Source of the DNA: a virus
IMG/VR virus record: IMGVR_UViG_3300025000_001646
Location: 1-64,000 of that record
Direction: 5' to 3' (one strand)
Length of the DNA: 64,000 nt
The number at the start of each line of letters is the position of its first letter. Within the stretch, counting starts at the first letter, position 1. The notes beneath the pieces are model-generated. The model was not told the DNA's origin. It saw nothing but the letters and a program-made list of their open reading frames with translations, and ran no database searches. The translations under genes and the position numbers were made by a program. Shown in pieces: positions 1-11,599 of this stretch.

Positions 1-2
1 AC

Positions 3-2441
3 CCGAGTGGCTGATACGATGTTTTACCAATGATTAAGCACCACGACGGGCAAATGGCAAAAGCTGCCCTTTGTCAATTCTTAGAGTTAGGAAATAATGG
101 AACTGGTAGTTGGGCATTAAGTCAAGATCAATCATCTTGGCTTATGATGGCAATACAATCTCTTCTTGATGACATTGCCGCTACTTTTGACAGTTATGTA
201 ATAGCTCCTCTTATAGATTGGAATTTTGGCACACAAGCCTACCCTAGACTTTCTTTTGAGCAAACAAATTCTCAATCCAAACAATTAATGATACAAGCCT
301 TTCAAGCTATTCTTGGTCAAGGCTCTTTACCTTCTGATTTTGTTAATGAAATTATTAACAAAGCGGCTGTTGAACTTAATCTTGAATATGAACCAAAAAC
401 TAAAGAAGAGTTTGAAGCTGAAACAAAAGAACCAGAGGAAGAACCAGAAGCTCCAGTAGAAGAACAAATAGAAGAACCAGAAGAAGTTATTGAAGATGAA
501 TGAGAGACAGAAGATGAATTAAACAATCAAGTTGAAGAAAAAAATACAGAACTTGAAGATTTATATAATAAATTAGACTCTAAAGAGAAAGAATTAAAAT
601 GAGAAATTGAAAAAGGTTTAGTTGATAGAGGTAAGGCTATTTCTGAGGCTCTTAAAGAATATTGGAGAAAAAAAGGTAAGAAAAAAGAAGAAGAACCAAA
701 GTGAAGAGAAAAAAAATGAAATACTCCAGATGAAAGAAAAGCTAGAGTTGCTTGAATGAAACAAAGAGCAGAGTCTTGAAAAGTAGAAAGACTTACAAAT
801 ATAGTAAAAGAACAAGACAAGGCTATTTCTTGAGCTAAAGATTTGCTTAGACAACTTTCTAATACAAAATCAATAACTAAAGACAAGGCACTTAAAGATA
901 AACTTTTGTGAGAAATTGCTAAACAAAAAGAAGTAATTGCTCAAATGCTTTGAAAAAAATCTGAATTAAAAGATAATCTTTCTGGTGCAAAATCAGAAGA
1001 AAAAGCTATTAAAGCAAAAGAAAAAGAAAAGGCTAAAGCTCAAAAAGAAAGAGAAAAAGAAGCTAAAAGAAAAGAAAGAGATGCTAAACAAAAAGAGAAA
1101 GAAAAAGCTAAGGCAGAAAAAGAAAAGGTTAAACAGAAAAGAGACAAAATAAAAGAAGAAATTTCATCTATACAATCAGAGATAGCAAGATTAAATATAA
1201 AGGCTTCTGATGCTAAAGATAAATGAGCAAAAGAAAAAATAAAAAATGAAATTAATAGAAAGAAAGAAGAAATATTGGCTAAAAAAGAATGATTTAAAAA
1301 TCTTTCAGAAAATGATAGTGATTTTGTTGAATTATATGATGATTGGTCGTTTGAATATGACTCTTGCATAGATTTATTGGATGAAGTAGCAAAAGAAAAA
1401 AAATACTGGAGACCAATGACTAAATATGAAGAAAGAGTAAATTTTGAAGCAATAGAAAAAGAAATGGACAAATGAGAAGATGAAACTAAGAAAAAACTTT
1501 GAGAAATTATAGACAAACAAAGAAGAGACTTGGCTAATCAAATCACAGAAATTCTAAAATCTTGAGACCCTAAAAAACTAGACACACTTACAATTAAATA
1601 CCAGAATGAATATAGCAAAGCTATTGGAGAAACTTACAAAAAGTTATTTGAGGAAGGAAAAAGAAGAGCTGCTGATGAAATTAAAGTCCCTGCTCCTTGA
1701 AATAATAAAGAAGTCAAAGACTTTATAGAACAAAAAATTAAATATTCTACTGATGTTCATCAAGAAAATATTTTGAAGCAAATAAAAGCTCCAATATTAG
1801 AAAAGTTAAAAAATAAAATTCAACTTTCTGATTTAGACGATGCAATGGATATTCTTTTCAATACAGACGAGCTTTCTGACACTGTTGAAGACATTATTTC
1901 AGCAACAGTGGTAGCAGAATCTTTTAACACTTGAAGAGATTTAGTTTTTAAAGCTAATGACGACCAAATATATGGTTATGAGTATTCAGCTTTGATGGAT
2001 TCTGATACTTGCGACTATTGTGCTAGTCTAGATTGAAGGGTTGTAGAGCCAAATAGTCCAGAATTTGAACAATATAGTCCAATTCAACATTTTAATTGCA
2101 GATGTATTTGGGTAGCAATACTTAAAGATGAAGAAGAACCACCAGAATTTACTGGTGTACCAAATTCAATTCCTCCTTCTACTCTTTCGACTTTCAAAAA
2201 TCTTACTACAATAATTCCTCTAAAGACTAATAAATCGGCTGTAAATATGGCCAAAAAAGAATTAGAAAGACTTGAGAGAGACACTGAAAGGTACGAAGAA
2301 AACGAAATATACGAAGACAGGGTAAAAACTAATAAGAAAAAAATAAAACAGCTTAAAAGGTCTGTTTGACTTTCAGATGAACAACAAGATGCCTTGAAAG
2401 ATTTTATTTCAGAAATTAACTCTTTAAATCTAAATGACTAA
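3..2441 (+). CDS. Portal protein (Mu gp29/DUF935-like, 5' partial) fused via a long charged coiled coil to a Mu gpF/SPP1 gp7-like head morphogenesis domain; TGA=Gly
   Basis: One frame open to TAA 2439-2441 if TGA is sense. N-terminal part LCQFLELG...GSWALS...IAPLIDWNFG resembles Mu-type portals. C-terminal YEYSALMDSDTCDYCASLD(TGA)RV...QHFNCRCIW is the gpF/gp7 signature. Confidence 0.85.
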
Positions 2442-3471
2442 AATAAGTGAATTAAAAAAATCGGTAGAAAAACTTGTCAAGAAATTTACTTGAGAAGATT
2501 TTATTGTAGAGCTAAAAGAAAAAGATGCTTTACAAGTACAAGATGAAATCGAGAGTAAGTTACAAGGAGAATCTGTTTCAGAAATTCTTAATCTTATTGA
2601 AATAAACAAGTGAATAAGAAAATTAAATGAAGCTATTTGAATGCTTGATATTCAGCAACAAGATTTTTCAGAAATTACTGATGAGATTAAGTTACTCCAA
2701 GACTACGTGAATGCAATAGCAATTCCAAACGAAGTAACTGTAAAAAACTTTCCAGCTAAACAAGTAATTGAATGAGAAGTTAAAATCAAAGATGAAGTAA
2801 GCATTAAAGACTTGAAAAAACTTTCTGATTCTCTTTTGGAGATTAAGAAGGCTATTGATGAAGGCAATAAAAAAGAAATGAAAATTGACAAAGTAGATTT
2901 TAATTGAGATGTAAATGTCAAAAATATAGGAAAGATCGAGAAAGTACTTTGAGAAATACAAGGATTGCTTTCTAAAATTAATACAGTAAAAACACAAAAG
3001 GTTGAAGTGGTAAATCAATTAAGAGAAAGAGAATTTCCTACAACAATGAAAGTAATTCTTGATTGAGTAAGTCTTGATGCTGTAAATAAATCAGATTTTC
3101 CTCTTCCAGTTAGGCTTAGTGATGGAGAAAAATTTTATAATGGTATGGCAAAGGCAGTCGGTGGTGCTATTATGGCATCTCCTCGAACTACTTCTCTTGA
3201 GGGATTTTCTGGAACCTGTAAAAGTACCGCTGTAACTGTTTGATTAACGGCTGTTTTGCTTCCCACCTCTTCGCTTGGTTCAAGAAAAAGTATGGAAATA
3301 ACTAATAACTCTACTAACACAATATTTATAGGTTGAAGCGATGTAACAGTGGCTAATTGAGTGCCTTTATTTAAGAAATCTACTAAATCTATTCCTGCTT
3401 GAGATTGACTTTCTGTTTATGCTATTTCTGATGTGGCTGGAAATGATGTTCGTACTTTAGAAATAAGTTAA
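2434..3471 (+). CDS. Hypothetical virion-associated protein; TGA=Gly
   Basis: ATG 2434 overlaps the portal end; the frame is open to TAA with many internal TGA; beta-rich C-terminus RKSMEITNNSTNTIFIGGSDVT. Confidence 0.65.
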
Positions 3472-3483
3472 TCTTTATAAAAT

Positions 3484-6400
3484 ATGTCAAAAATAATATA
3501 TACCGACGATAATCCAGCTGGCAAACTTTCCTTGCAAGGAAAAATAGTAGCTGGCGGAACCTTAACTTGAGTCACCTGATTAAATTATGATGTTTCTTAC
3601 ACTCTTTCTGGAAAAGAATCTACCACAAATGAGACAACAGAATGAGTTTATGTGGCTTCTCCTTATAATTATTGTTATTTAACTGATTGAAATGATGATC
3701 AGCTACAAGATTCTGGTTGAAATAGATTATATTGAAGAATAACTTTATCTTGAAGCGTATGGACACTTTCTTTTTATTCAAGTATTGCCTGAGTAGAAAC
3801 TCCATATAATTTTATAGTAGCTCAAAATATTAAATGGTATTACCATCAACTTTATAGCAGGGATAATGTCCCAGCTATTTCTGATAACGAAATATATATT
3901 CCAGATGAAGTAATAGCAGTTGGCGGCCATGTCCAAAATACTGATACTGGTACTGACAAAACTTCTTGGGTGACTAATTCTTGAAGTGCTACACAAAAAG
4001 CAACGCTAGACACTAGCGATATGACCGCTAATAAAACGATTTGAGTAGAATCGTTAAATCAAACAGTTTTACATACTTCTAATTATAACAATCCTCATCA
4101 AGTTTCAGCCAATCAAATTGGTGCTGATAAAATAGTTGATGAGATTAATCAAAGTGCTACTCACGACATTAATTCCAATAATCTTTGATCAGATGTAGTT
4201 ACTTCTTCTGATAATGTGAATAAGTTAGCAGACATTTCATCTACTGGTGCTGAAATAGAGGATGCAGTTTCTAAAAGGCATAATCAAAATACTGATACTT
4301 GAACAAGTGAGACTGATTTTAACATTAATTCATCTTCTATCACTCAAAAGGCTACACTTGATACGAGTGATATGACAGCCAATAAATCATTATGAATAGA
4401 GGCTTTAAATCAAACAATTTTGCATACAACAAATTTCAATAATCCTCATCAAGTTAGTGCTAATCAAGTTTGAGCTGATGAAATTATAGACGAAATAAAT
4501 CTAAATTGAACTCACGATATTGATTCAAATAATTTGTCTTCTGATGTAGTTACTTCTGCCGACAATATTAGTAAATTAGCAGACATTACTTCTCCTTGAG
4601 CGGATATTGAAGATGCTGTAACTAAAAGGCATTCTCAAAATACGGACACTGGTACTACTGAAACTGATTTTGACATTAACTCTGGAAGTGTAACTCAAAA
4701 AGCTACACTCGATTCTAGTGATATGACTGCGAATAAGTCTCTTCGACTTAATGACTTATATGAGGCTGGAGAACACTGGGACAAATCAAATCATCCTTGG
4801 ATAGACAAATCACAAAGTTGGACTGAAAATCAAAATTTTGAAAAATGAATTAAGGCACAACATAATACTATTGATTGAGAATGAAGCGAATTAAAAATTG
4901 AATCAATTCAATTTGATTTAAATCCTTCAGTTGCTCGTGCAGAAGGTAAAGCTTTTTGGAATGCTGATGATTGAACTCTTAATCTTTGAATGCCTTGATC
5001 AAATGTAAATTTACAAGTAGGTCAAGAAACTCTAGTAAGATGTAAAGAAGCATCATGACAAACTATTCTTAATGGTAATGTTGTTTATATAAGTGGAGCT
5101 TCTGGAGACAGACCAGAGGTTACTTTAGCTGATGCTGATACTTATAACACTAGTTTTGTTCTCGGTATTGCCACTGAAGATTTTGTTGGTGCTACTGGTT
5201 ATGTAACTATAACTGGTATGGTAAGAGATGTTGATACTAGTGGAATGACAGAAGGTGCTGTAATATGGCTTTCTCAAACAGCTGGTGCTTTTACTACTAC
5301 TAGACCTACCGCTCCCGCAATTAGTATATTTTTGGGTTATATAGTAAAGGTTCACGCTGTTGAAGGTATAATAATAATCAGACCTACTCTTGTTCCTAGG
5401 CTACAAGCTCTTTCAGATGTATATCAGGAAACTCCTAGTGACAATGAAATACCTCAATGGAATCAAGCTAATGCTAGATTTGAACTTAACGATACTCCAG
5501 AATTTGCTGATGTAACTATCACTGGTCTATCTGGTTCAGGAGTGATAACTTCAACTAGCGTAGAAACTTCTCTTGAAAATATAGACGAAGCTCTTTTTAT
5601 TGCTCGTAAACCAACTGGTATAACACCAGAGGAAGCTGCTAAGTTTACTTTGGATTATGATTACGCTACACAAGTATTAACACTTACTAAAATAAGTAAT
5701 TGGTATTACTATTTCAAAGGTAGAAAAGTATTGGTAACTGGAAACATAGTTTGTACTGCTCATACTAACTCTTATGGAACTTATTTCTATTCGTTTAATG
5801 ACGCTACTGGTGCAGTAACTGTAAGCAACTCAGTATTCGACATATCTAACACTGTTCAAATAGCCTACGTACTTTATAACCCAACTGCTACTGATACTAT
5901 AAAAGGTATATGTTTTGAAGAAAGACATGGATTGCAAATGGATGGTAAGACTCACGAATATCTACACGAAACAAGAGGGACTATTTATGAGGAAGGTGGT
6001 GCTTTAGCTGATTATACTCCTTTAACAGATACAACAGCTGCTACTACCTACTCTCTAGCCTCTACCGTCTTTGATGATGAGGATAAAGAAATAACAACCG
6101 CAGCACAAGCAGACGGTTCTAATTATGTTCATATGTGGTATACTGCCGCAGGTCAACTTGATTGGTTAACTGCTCAACCACTTCCTTATCAAATAGCAAG
6201 TAATAATATAGTTTATAATCCAGTCGGTTCCGCTCTAGTACAAGTAACTACTAACAACAGATATTTTAATTTATATCCGATAGTCACTAACTCTGTATCG
6301 GCTACTTTTGATAATATCGTATTAATAGGTAGAGGACTTTATACTTCTCTTGCTTTGGCTCAAGCTGAATCTTTCAATACGTACTTCACAAGAGTTGGAC

Positions 6401-8814
6401 TTCTAGCTGAATTTGTCCCTATGTATAAGATAACAATGAGATACACTACCTCATATTCAACCACTACTGGAAAATCAAGAATAGAAGGTGTACAAACTCT
6501 AAGAGGTCTAGTCACAATCACTGGTGGAGTACCTCCTACCGATCACTTATCTTTGGCTAACTTAACTGGCGGTACTTATACAGACGGTGGACATACAAAT
6601 TTAACTCAACAAACTGTAGTCGCTTCAACTGCTCCTACAGTAGATAGTGATATAGACTCTTTTAAAGAAGGTTCTCATTGGATCAAGCAAGACACTAACA
6701 CTCTTTATCACTGTGTAGATAATGCTGACGGTGCTGCTGTTTGGTATGGTCAAAACCAAGGACTTCTCACTACTGACAATGTTACTTTTGGCAACATAAT
6801 TGCCAGTGGTGACTTAACTGTAAACGGCACAACTACAACTATAAATTCAACTACTCTTTCAGTAGAAGATAAAAACATAACAATGGGAGACGTAGACACT
6901 CCAACAGACGTAACCGCTGACGGAGGTGGTATCACTCTAAAAGGTGCTACCGATAAGACGATAACTTGGGACAACGCTAATGATAACTGGACTTCAAGTG
7001 AACACTGGAACTTAGTAACAGGTAAAGACTTTAAAATAAACAACGTAAGCGTATTAAATGCAACCACTCTTGGTTCAAGTGTAGTGGCTTCATCTCTTAC
7101 CAGCGTAGGAACTCTTGCTAATCTAACAGTAACAAACGCACCAACTTTTAGTGCGATGACTTTGGGTTCTGTTCTATTTGCTGGGACTGCTGGTTTACTA
7201 TCACAAGATAACGCTAACTTCTTTTGGGATAATACTAATAAGAGATTGGGTATAGCAACTGCAACACCAAGTACAAAATTGGATGTGGTTTTTGATGTGA
7301 ATACTGGTGTTCTATTTCAAGATAATAAAACAGATGCTACAGAAAAAGTATTTAGACTTGGAACAACGCATTATACAAACGCAGAAGAACCTTTTTATGC
7401 TTATAAAGCTGTTTCTTCATCAACAGTAAACAGTGTAGATATTGGTGGTGGTACTTCTTTTGGAAACGCAGCTACAGATATATATTTTTTTACTGCAGCT
7501 AATAATACAACAGTTACTGGTACTGAAAGAATGAGAATAACAAGTACTGGTACTATAGGTATAGGAACTACTGTGCCAAGGTCAACTTTAGATGTTTTAG
7601 GAACTGGTATAGTAAATACCAGAATAGCTAGTAACAGTAATATAGTTTCATTAAGAATAAATGGTACAGAAGCTTCTCCTACCGTTGTCGTAAATACAAA
7701 TATTATAGGTGTACTTAGCTTTCAAGGACAATATAGCTCAACTGTTGGAGAATTTATAACAGGAGCCCAAATAAGAGCAACTGCTGTCGGTGACTTTTCA
7801 AGCACAACAAATGCACCAACTGATTTAATATTTTACACAGCTAGCACAACTGCTGGGATAACAGAAAGAATGAGAATAGCCAGTTCTGGAAATGTAGGCA
7901 TAGGAACTTCTGCTCCTGATACGTTATTAGTAGTAGGAACTCCTCTAAACTCAACAGGAAATATTCCAGGTATAACCTTAGGAGCTAGTGCTGATAGGTT
8001 TATATCAATAGGTCAAGACAGCACTCATCTAATAAACATGAACTGGAGATATAACGCAACTGCTGGTAGTGCTTATGCTCAAATAAATACTTATGGTTAC
8101 TCTAATCCTATTCAAATAGACGCTTCTAATTTAATTCTACAAGCTAATTCTGCTGGAAAAGTAGGAATAGGAACTACTGCACCAAAAGACACACTTCATT
8201 TATCTAAAAGTGGTTACGGTAGAATATGTTCAACAAGAAGTATGTATCTCCAAGGAAACGCCTATGATGACGCTGGAACATGGAAGAGAATAGCAACAGA
8301 TTATGAACCAACATTGTTTATTATGATAGAAGATGGGTCTTTCGCATTTTTTAATTCTACTGCTGGTGCGGCAGATAGTGAAATTACTTGGACAGAAAAT
8401 TTTAAAATAACAACTACTGGTTCAATAACTACATTGCCAACTTATTCAGTAACAGTAGGAGCTACTAATAGAGATTTATATATAGATAATACTGGACTAA
8501 TAGGATATGTATCATCTATTAGAGAATCAAAAACAAATATTGAATATAACCCAGATACTTCTTGGATATATGATTTGAAACCAGCTGAATTTAATTACAG
8601 GAAAAAAGATAGTGAAGGTAAATATACTGACGAGATTGACGGCGATAAACAATACGGGTTGATTGCTGAAGATGTGAATGAGGTAAAACCAGAACTATGT
8701 TATAAAGACGGTAAAGAATTGAAAGGTGTAAATTATTCAAAACTTATACCAGTATTGTTAAAAGAAATACAAAACCTTAAAAAAGAAATTGATAACCTTA
8801 AACAACTATGATAA
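3484..8814 (+). CDS. Large fibre/receptor-binding protein (~1776 aa) with C-terminal peptidase S74 intramolecular chaperone
   Basis: ATG 3484 is in frame with ORF 5218..8811 when TGA=Gly; it ends TGA-TAA. It has GNVGIGT-type fibre repeats and C-terminal SSIRESKTNI...GLIAEDV...VNYSKLIPVLLKEIQ. Confidence 0.85.
3928..4760 (+). repeat. Intragenic 351-nt (117-aa) tandem repeat, about 2.3 copies
   Basis: HxQNTDTGT motif starts at 3928, 4279 and 4630; QKATLDxSDMTANK and NPHQVSANQ are repeated. Confidence 0.9.
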
Positions 8815-9047
8815 CTTGTGTCAATCCACGCATAATCAATGGAGGAGCTAAAATTAACCTCAACGCCAAAGACGGTGAAGGAAATCTAGTACCATCAATA
8901 ATCTGGAAAAAAGGGAAGACAGAACAAATAGAAACAGATACAATATCTGAAGACAGTACTCTGACTTATAACTCAATCGTAACTCAAAAAACAGAGACAG
9001 AATCTATCAAATACTTTCTAAAACTAACCAAAAATTTCTCTATCTAG
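8808..9047 (+). CDS. Small hypothetical protein, possible fibre accessory protein
   Basis: ATGA overlap with the fibre gene; 79 aa. Confidence 0.5.
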   Translation: MITCVNPRIINGGAKINLNAKDGEGNLVPSIIWKKGKTEQIETDTISEDSTLTYNSIVTQKTETESIKYFLKLTKNFSI

Positions 9048-9579
9048 GTATATACTTATAAATATTATTATTTTTTATATGATAAATATTTTGCTTTGTT
9101 ACCTTATAAATTTTAGCTATACTAGTTTGGGATAATCCTTCTTTAATCATCCTTAAAATATCAATAACATCTTTTTCGGTTAATTTTCTTAAATGTTCCT
9201 CTTTTGTAAAAATATGATTTCTTTTTTTAAAATAACAATCTTTCATATTTTCTGATTGTGTACCTAAAAATAAATTTTCAAGCTTACTATTTTCTGGATT
9301 ATCATCTTTATGACAAACTAAAGTCTTTGTGTCATATCCTTTAAAATCTAATGGTAAATTATTAAATACTAAATAAACTAATCTATGAACACTAAATATT
9401 TTTGATTTACCATTTTTGCTTAAAATTGTTTTTAAATAACCTTTATACCCTATCATATTTTTCAATATCCTTTCTTTTTCCTTAAAATTATATTCTTTTC
9501 TAGAAATACTTTTAATTCTACCAAGATTAGATACTTGATAATTAGGATAGTCTGGAATAGTTTTAAATATTTCTTGCAT
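9040..9579 (-). CDS. NUMOD4-HNH homing endonuclease with C-terminal HTH
   Basis: MQEIFKTIPDYPNYQVSNLGRIKS (NUMOD4), VHRLV...VCHKDDNPENSKLENL...TQSENM (HNH_3). The likely start is ATG 9579 rather than 9636. No TGA. Confidence 0.9.
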   Translation of the reverse strand: MQEIFKTIPDYPNYQVSNLGRIKSISRKEYNFKEKERILKNMIGYKGYLKTILSKNGKSKIFSVHRLVYLVFNNLPLDFKGYDTKTLVCHKDDNPENSKLENLFLGTQSENMKDCYFKKRNHIFTKEEHLRKLTEKDVIDILRMIKEGLSQTSIAKIYKVTKQNIYHIKNNNIYKYIPR

Positions 9580-9741
9580 AATAAAAATAAAAATTACAAA
9601 AGCCAATTTACTACGGGAGGAATGTTTTGCGAACAAACCGCAGTAAACTGGCTATTATAAAACATCCCTCAATATGTTCGCATATATATTATATCAAAAA
9701 AAAATATATATATCAATATTATTAACAATTTTACTTACTAA

Positions 9742-10032
9742 ATGGAAAATATATCTATTACCCTACAAATTGGTACTATAATAGCAATCTTTTCTTCAAT
9801 TGCTGTCTTTTCTTGGAAAGTAGCAACACTCAAAAAAGACTTTGAAAATAAAATTGAAAGTCTTGAAAAAGCTAAAAAAGATGACCTAGAAGAGCATAAA
9901 GAATTTTGGAAAACTTTAGACAAACTAAAAGAAGCAGACCAAAAACAAGACTTACTCTCAATGGAAATAAAAACTAAGTTAGAATCTATTGAGGCTACTT
10001 TAATTGAAATTAAAGCTAATATGAAAAAATAA
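9742..10032 (+). CDS. Membrane-anchored coiled-coil protein (holin-like or accessory)
   Basis: One N-terminal TM helix followed by a coiled coil. Confidence 0.6.
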   Translation: MENISITLQIGTIIAIFSSIAVFSWKVATLKKDFENKIESLEKAKKDDLEEHKEFWKTLDKLKEADQKQDLLSMEIKTKLESIEATLIEIKANMKK

Positions 10033-10093
10033 TATTGAATTTTAATCAATAAAATGTTATAATTTTTGTAATATTATTAATTTTTTAAAAAAA

Positions 10094-10456
10094 ATGACAG
10101 AAAAAATCAAACTATTGAAACTTATCGAAAGTGAAAAATCACTAAAAGAATTTATTTCTATTCCTCTTGAGATTAAAAAGTCTTTTGCACTTTCAAAACT
10201 AATAGTAAAAGTAACAGAACAAATTAGTGCCTATAATGAAGCAAGAAATAATAAAGTATATGAATTGGGAGAAAAGAAAGAAAATTGACAAGTTTTTGTT
10301 AAAAATGAAAATCTTGAAGAATTTATGAAACAAATTAACGAACTTTCAGAACAAGAAGTAGAATTGGAAATTCCAGAAATTACTACTGATGACATTAAAT
10401 CTAAAGAAATTAAAACAGAAATTTTGGTTAATCTTAACTGGCTAATTAAAAAATAA
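10094..10456 (+). CDS. Hypothetical phage protein (DUF1617-like); TGA=Gly
   Basis: Track ORF 10094..10288 continues through one TGA to TAA 10454-10456. Confidence 0.65.
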
Positions 10457-10469
10457 TCTTAAAATAAAA

Positions 10470-11525
10470 ATGCTTACCTGTAATTATTGTTGAAGATCAA
10501 ATAATGTTGACAGAACTTATTGCTACTATTGCTGAAAGCCTCTTGAATGAACAAGCGTAAATCTTGGTGAATACATAAATAAAGACATGACTTCTAGTGA
10601 TATACCAGAGCTTCTTAAACCTTGAGCAAAAATCCTTCCTTATTATGAAGATAAAAAAAAGTATAAAGAAGGTAAAATAAAATATACTCTTAAAGGGTGT
10701 AATCTTACTATTTGAGATGATATTTTATGGAAAGTAGATACTCAAGAAGAAGACGAATGATTTGTAGAATTTGGTTACCAATGAGAAAATACAAACGAAT
10801 TTTTCTTTTCTGGCGGTAAAATAAAATGATTATATTTATTTAATAATCATTGAAACGGTTATACTATAGAAAAAACATATACTCCTTATGTGTTTAATAA
10901 AGGATGTATTCTTACTGATGAAAAATATTCTTTCTTGCCAGAAAAAATCTCTAAAGAAATACCTAGTGAATATCAATATTGGAATAAAGAAAATAAAAAT
11001 GAAGTAAAAAATAAATATGTAGAATATATTATTAAAAAATGAATAAAATTACCTAGTTTCGAACAAGAAGAACAAAAAGATGAATTAAATAATTTTACTT
11101 TACAAAAACATTTTTGGAAAGGTAGAATAAATAATTATTTTGACCTTAGATTTGATTTCAAAGATTGATGAAAATGGCTACACTTACAATTGAGAAAAGA
11201 CCCTATGCTTAAAGAGAAAATAAATTGCATATTAAATAATCAAGAAGTCAAAGATGAAGAATGGATTAAATTAATGAGCTATAACTGATATATGCCTCCA
11301 TTAGAGGAAGCAAGTAAGCTTAATCCAAACACTTTTCCAAACTCCTATAAAGAAAATCCTAGTAAAAATACACCTTGTTGGATTAATAAGAAAGATAATG
11401 GAAAAGCTAAAATCCTAAAAAATGAAGCAGATTATAAGCTGATTAGAATGGTTGGAAGCAACTTAAAATGAGATTTTGAATTTAAGAAAAAATGAGATTT
11501 GTGGATTATGAGCAAAATCGATTAA
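10470..11525 (+). CDS. Zinc-ribbon protein with LigD 3'-phosphoesterase-like region(s); TGA=Gly
   Basis: MLTCNYC(TGA)...YCYYC(TGA)KPL zinc ribbon. FTLQKHFWKG...FDLRF and NLK(TGA)DFEF..K(TGA)DLWIM resemble LigD PE-domain motifs. Confidence 0.6.
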
Positions 11526-11529
11526 TCAA

Positions 11530-11560
11530 AAGCCGACAACTAAACTTGTCGGCTTCTTCA
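11530..11560 (+). terminator. Hairpin, probable intrinsic terminator
   Basis: AAGCCGACAA-ctaaac-TTGTCGGCTT. Confidence 0.55.
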
Positions 11561-11599
11561 ATATAGTATTATAATATATATATAATAACATTATTTTTT

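Noticed and set aside
317-5355. Minus-strand ORFs of the track (317-526, 527-886, 1040-1516, 2692-3018 and others)
   Set aside because: Ser/Phe/Leu-rich shadows of recoded plus-strand genes; the same applies at 12.3-13.1, 22-27.5 and 55-59.7 kb.
3484-8814. Diversity-generating retroelement acting on the fibre
   Set aside because: No reverse transcriptase and no adenine-specific TR/VR pair seen in the window.
10470-10550. TGA=Trp (code 4) or selenocysteine
   Set aside because: Motifs such as CxxCG, GxxGxxG, DDGS and GKT require Gly, Trp is encoded by TGG, and repeats align TGA with GGN.
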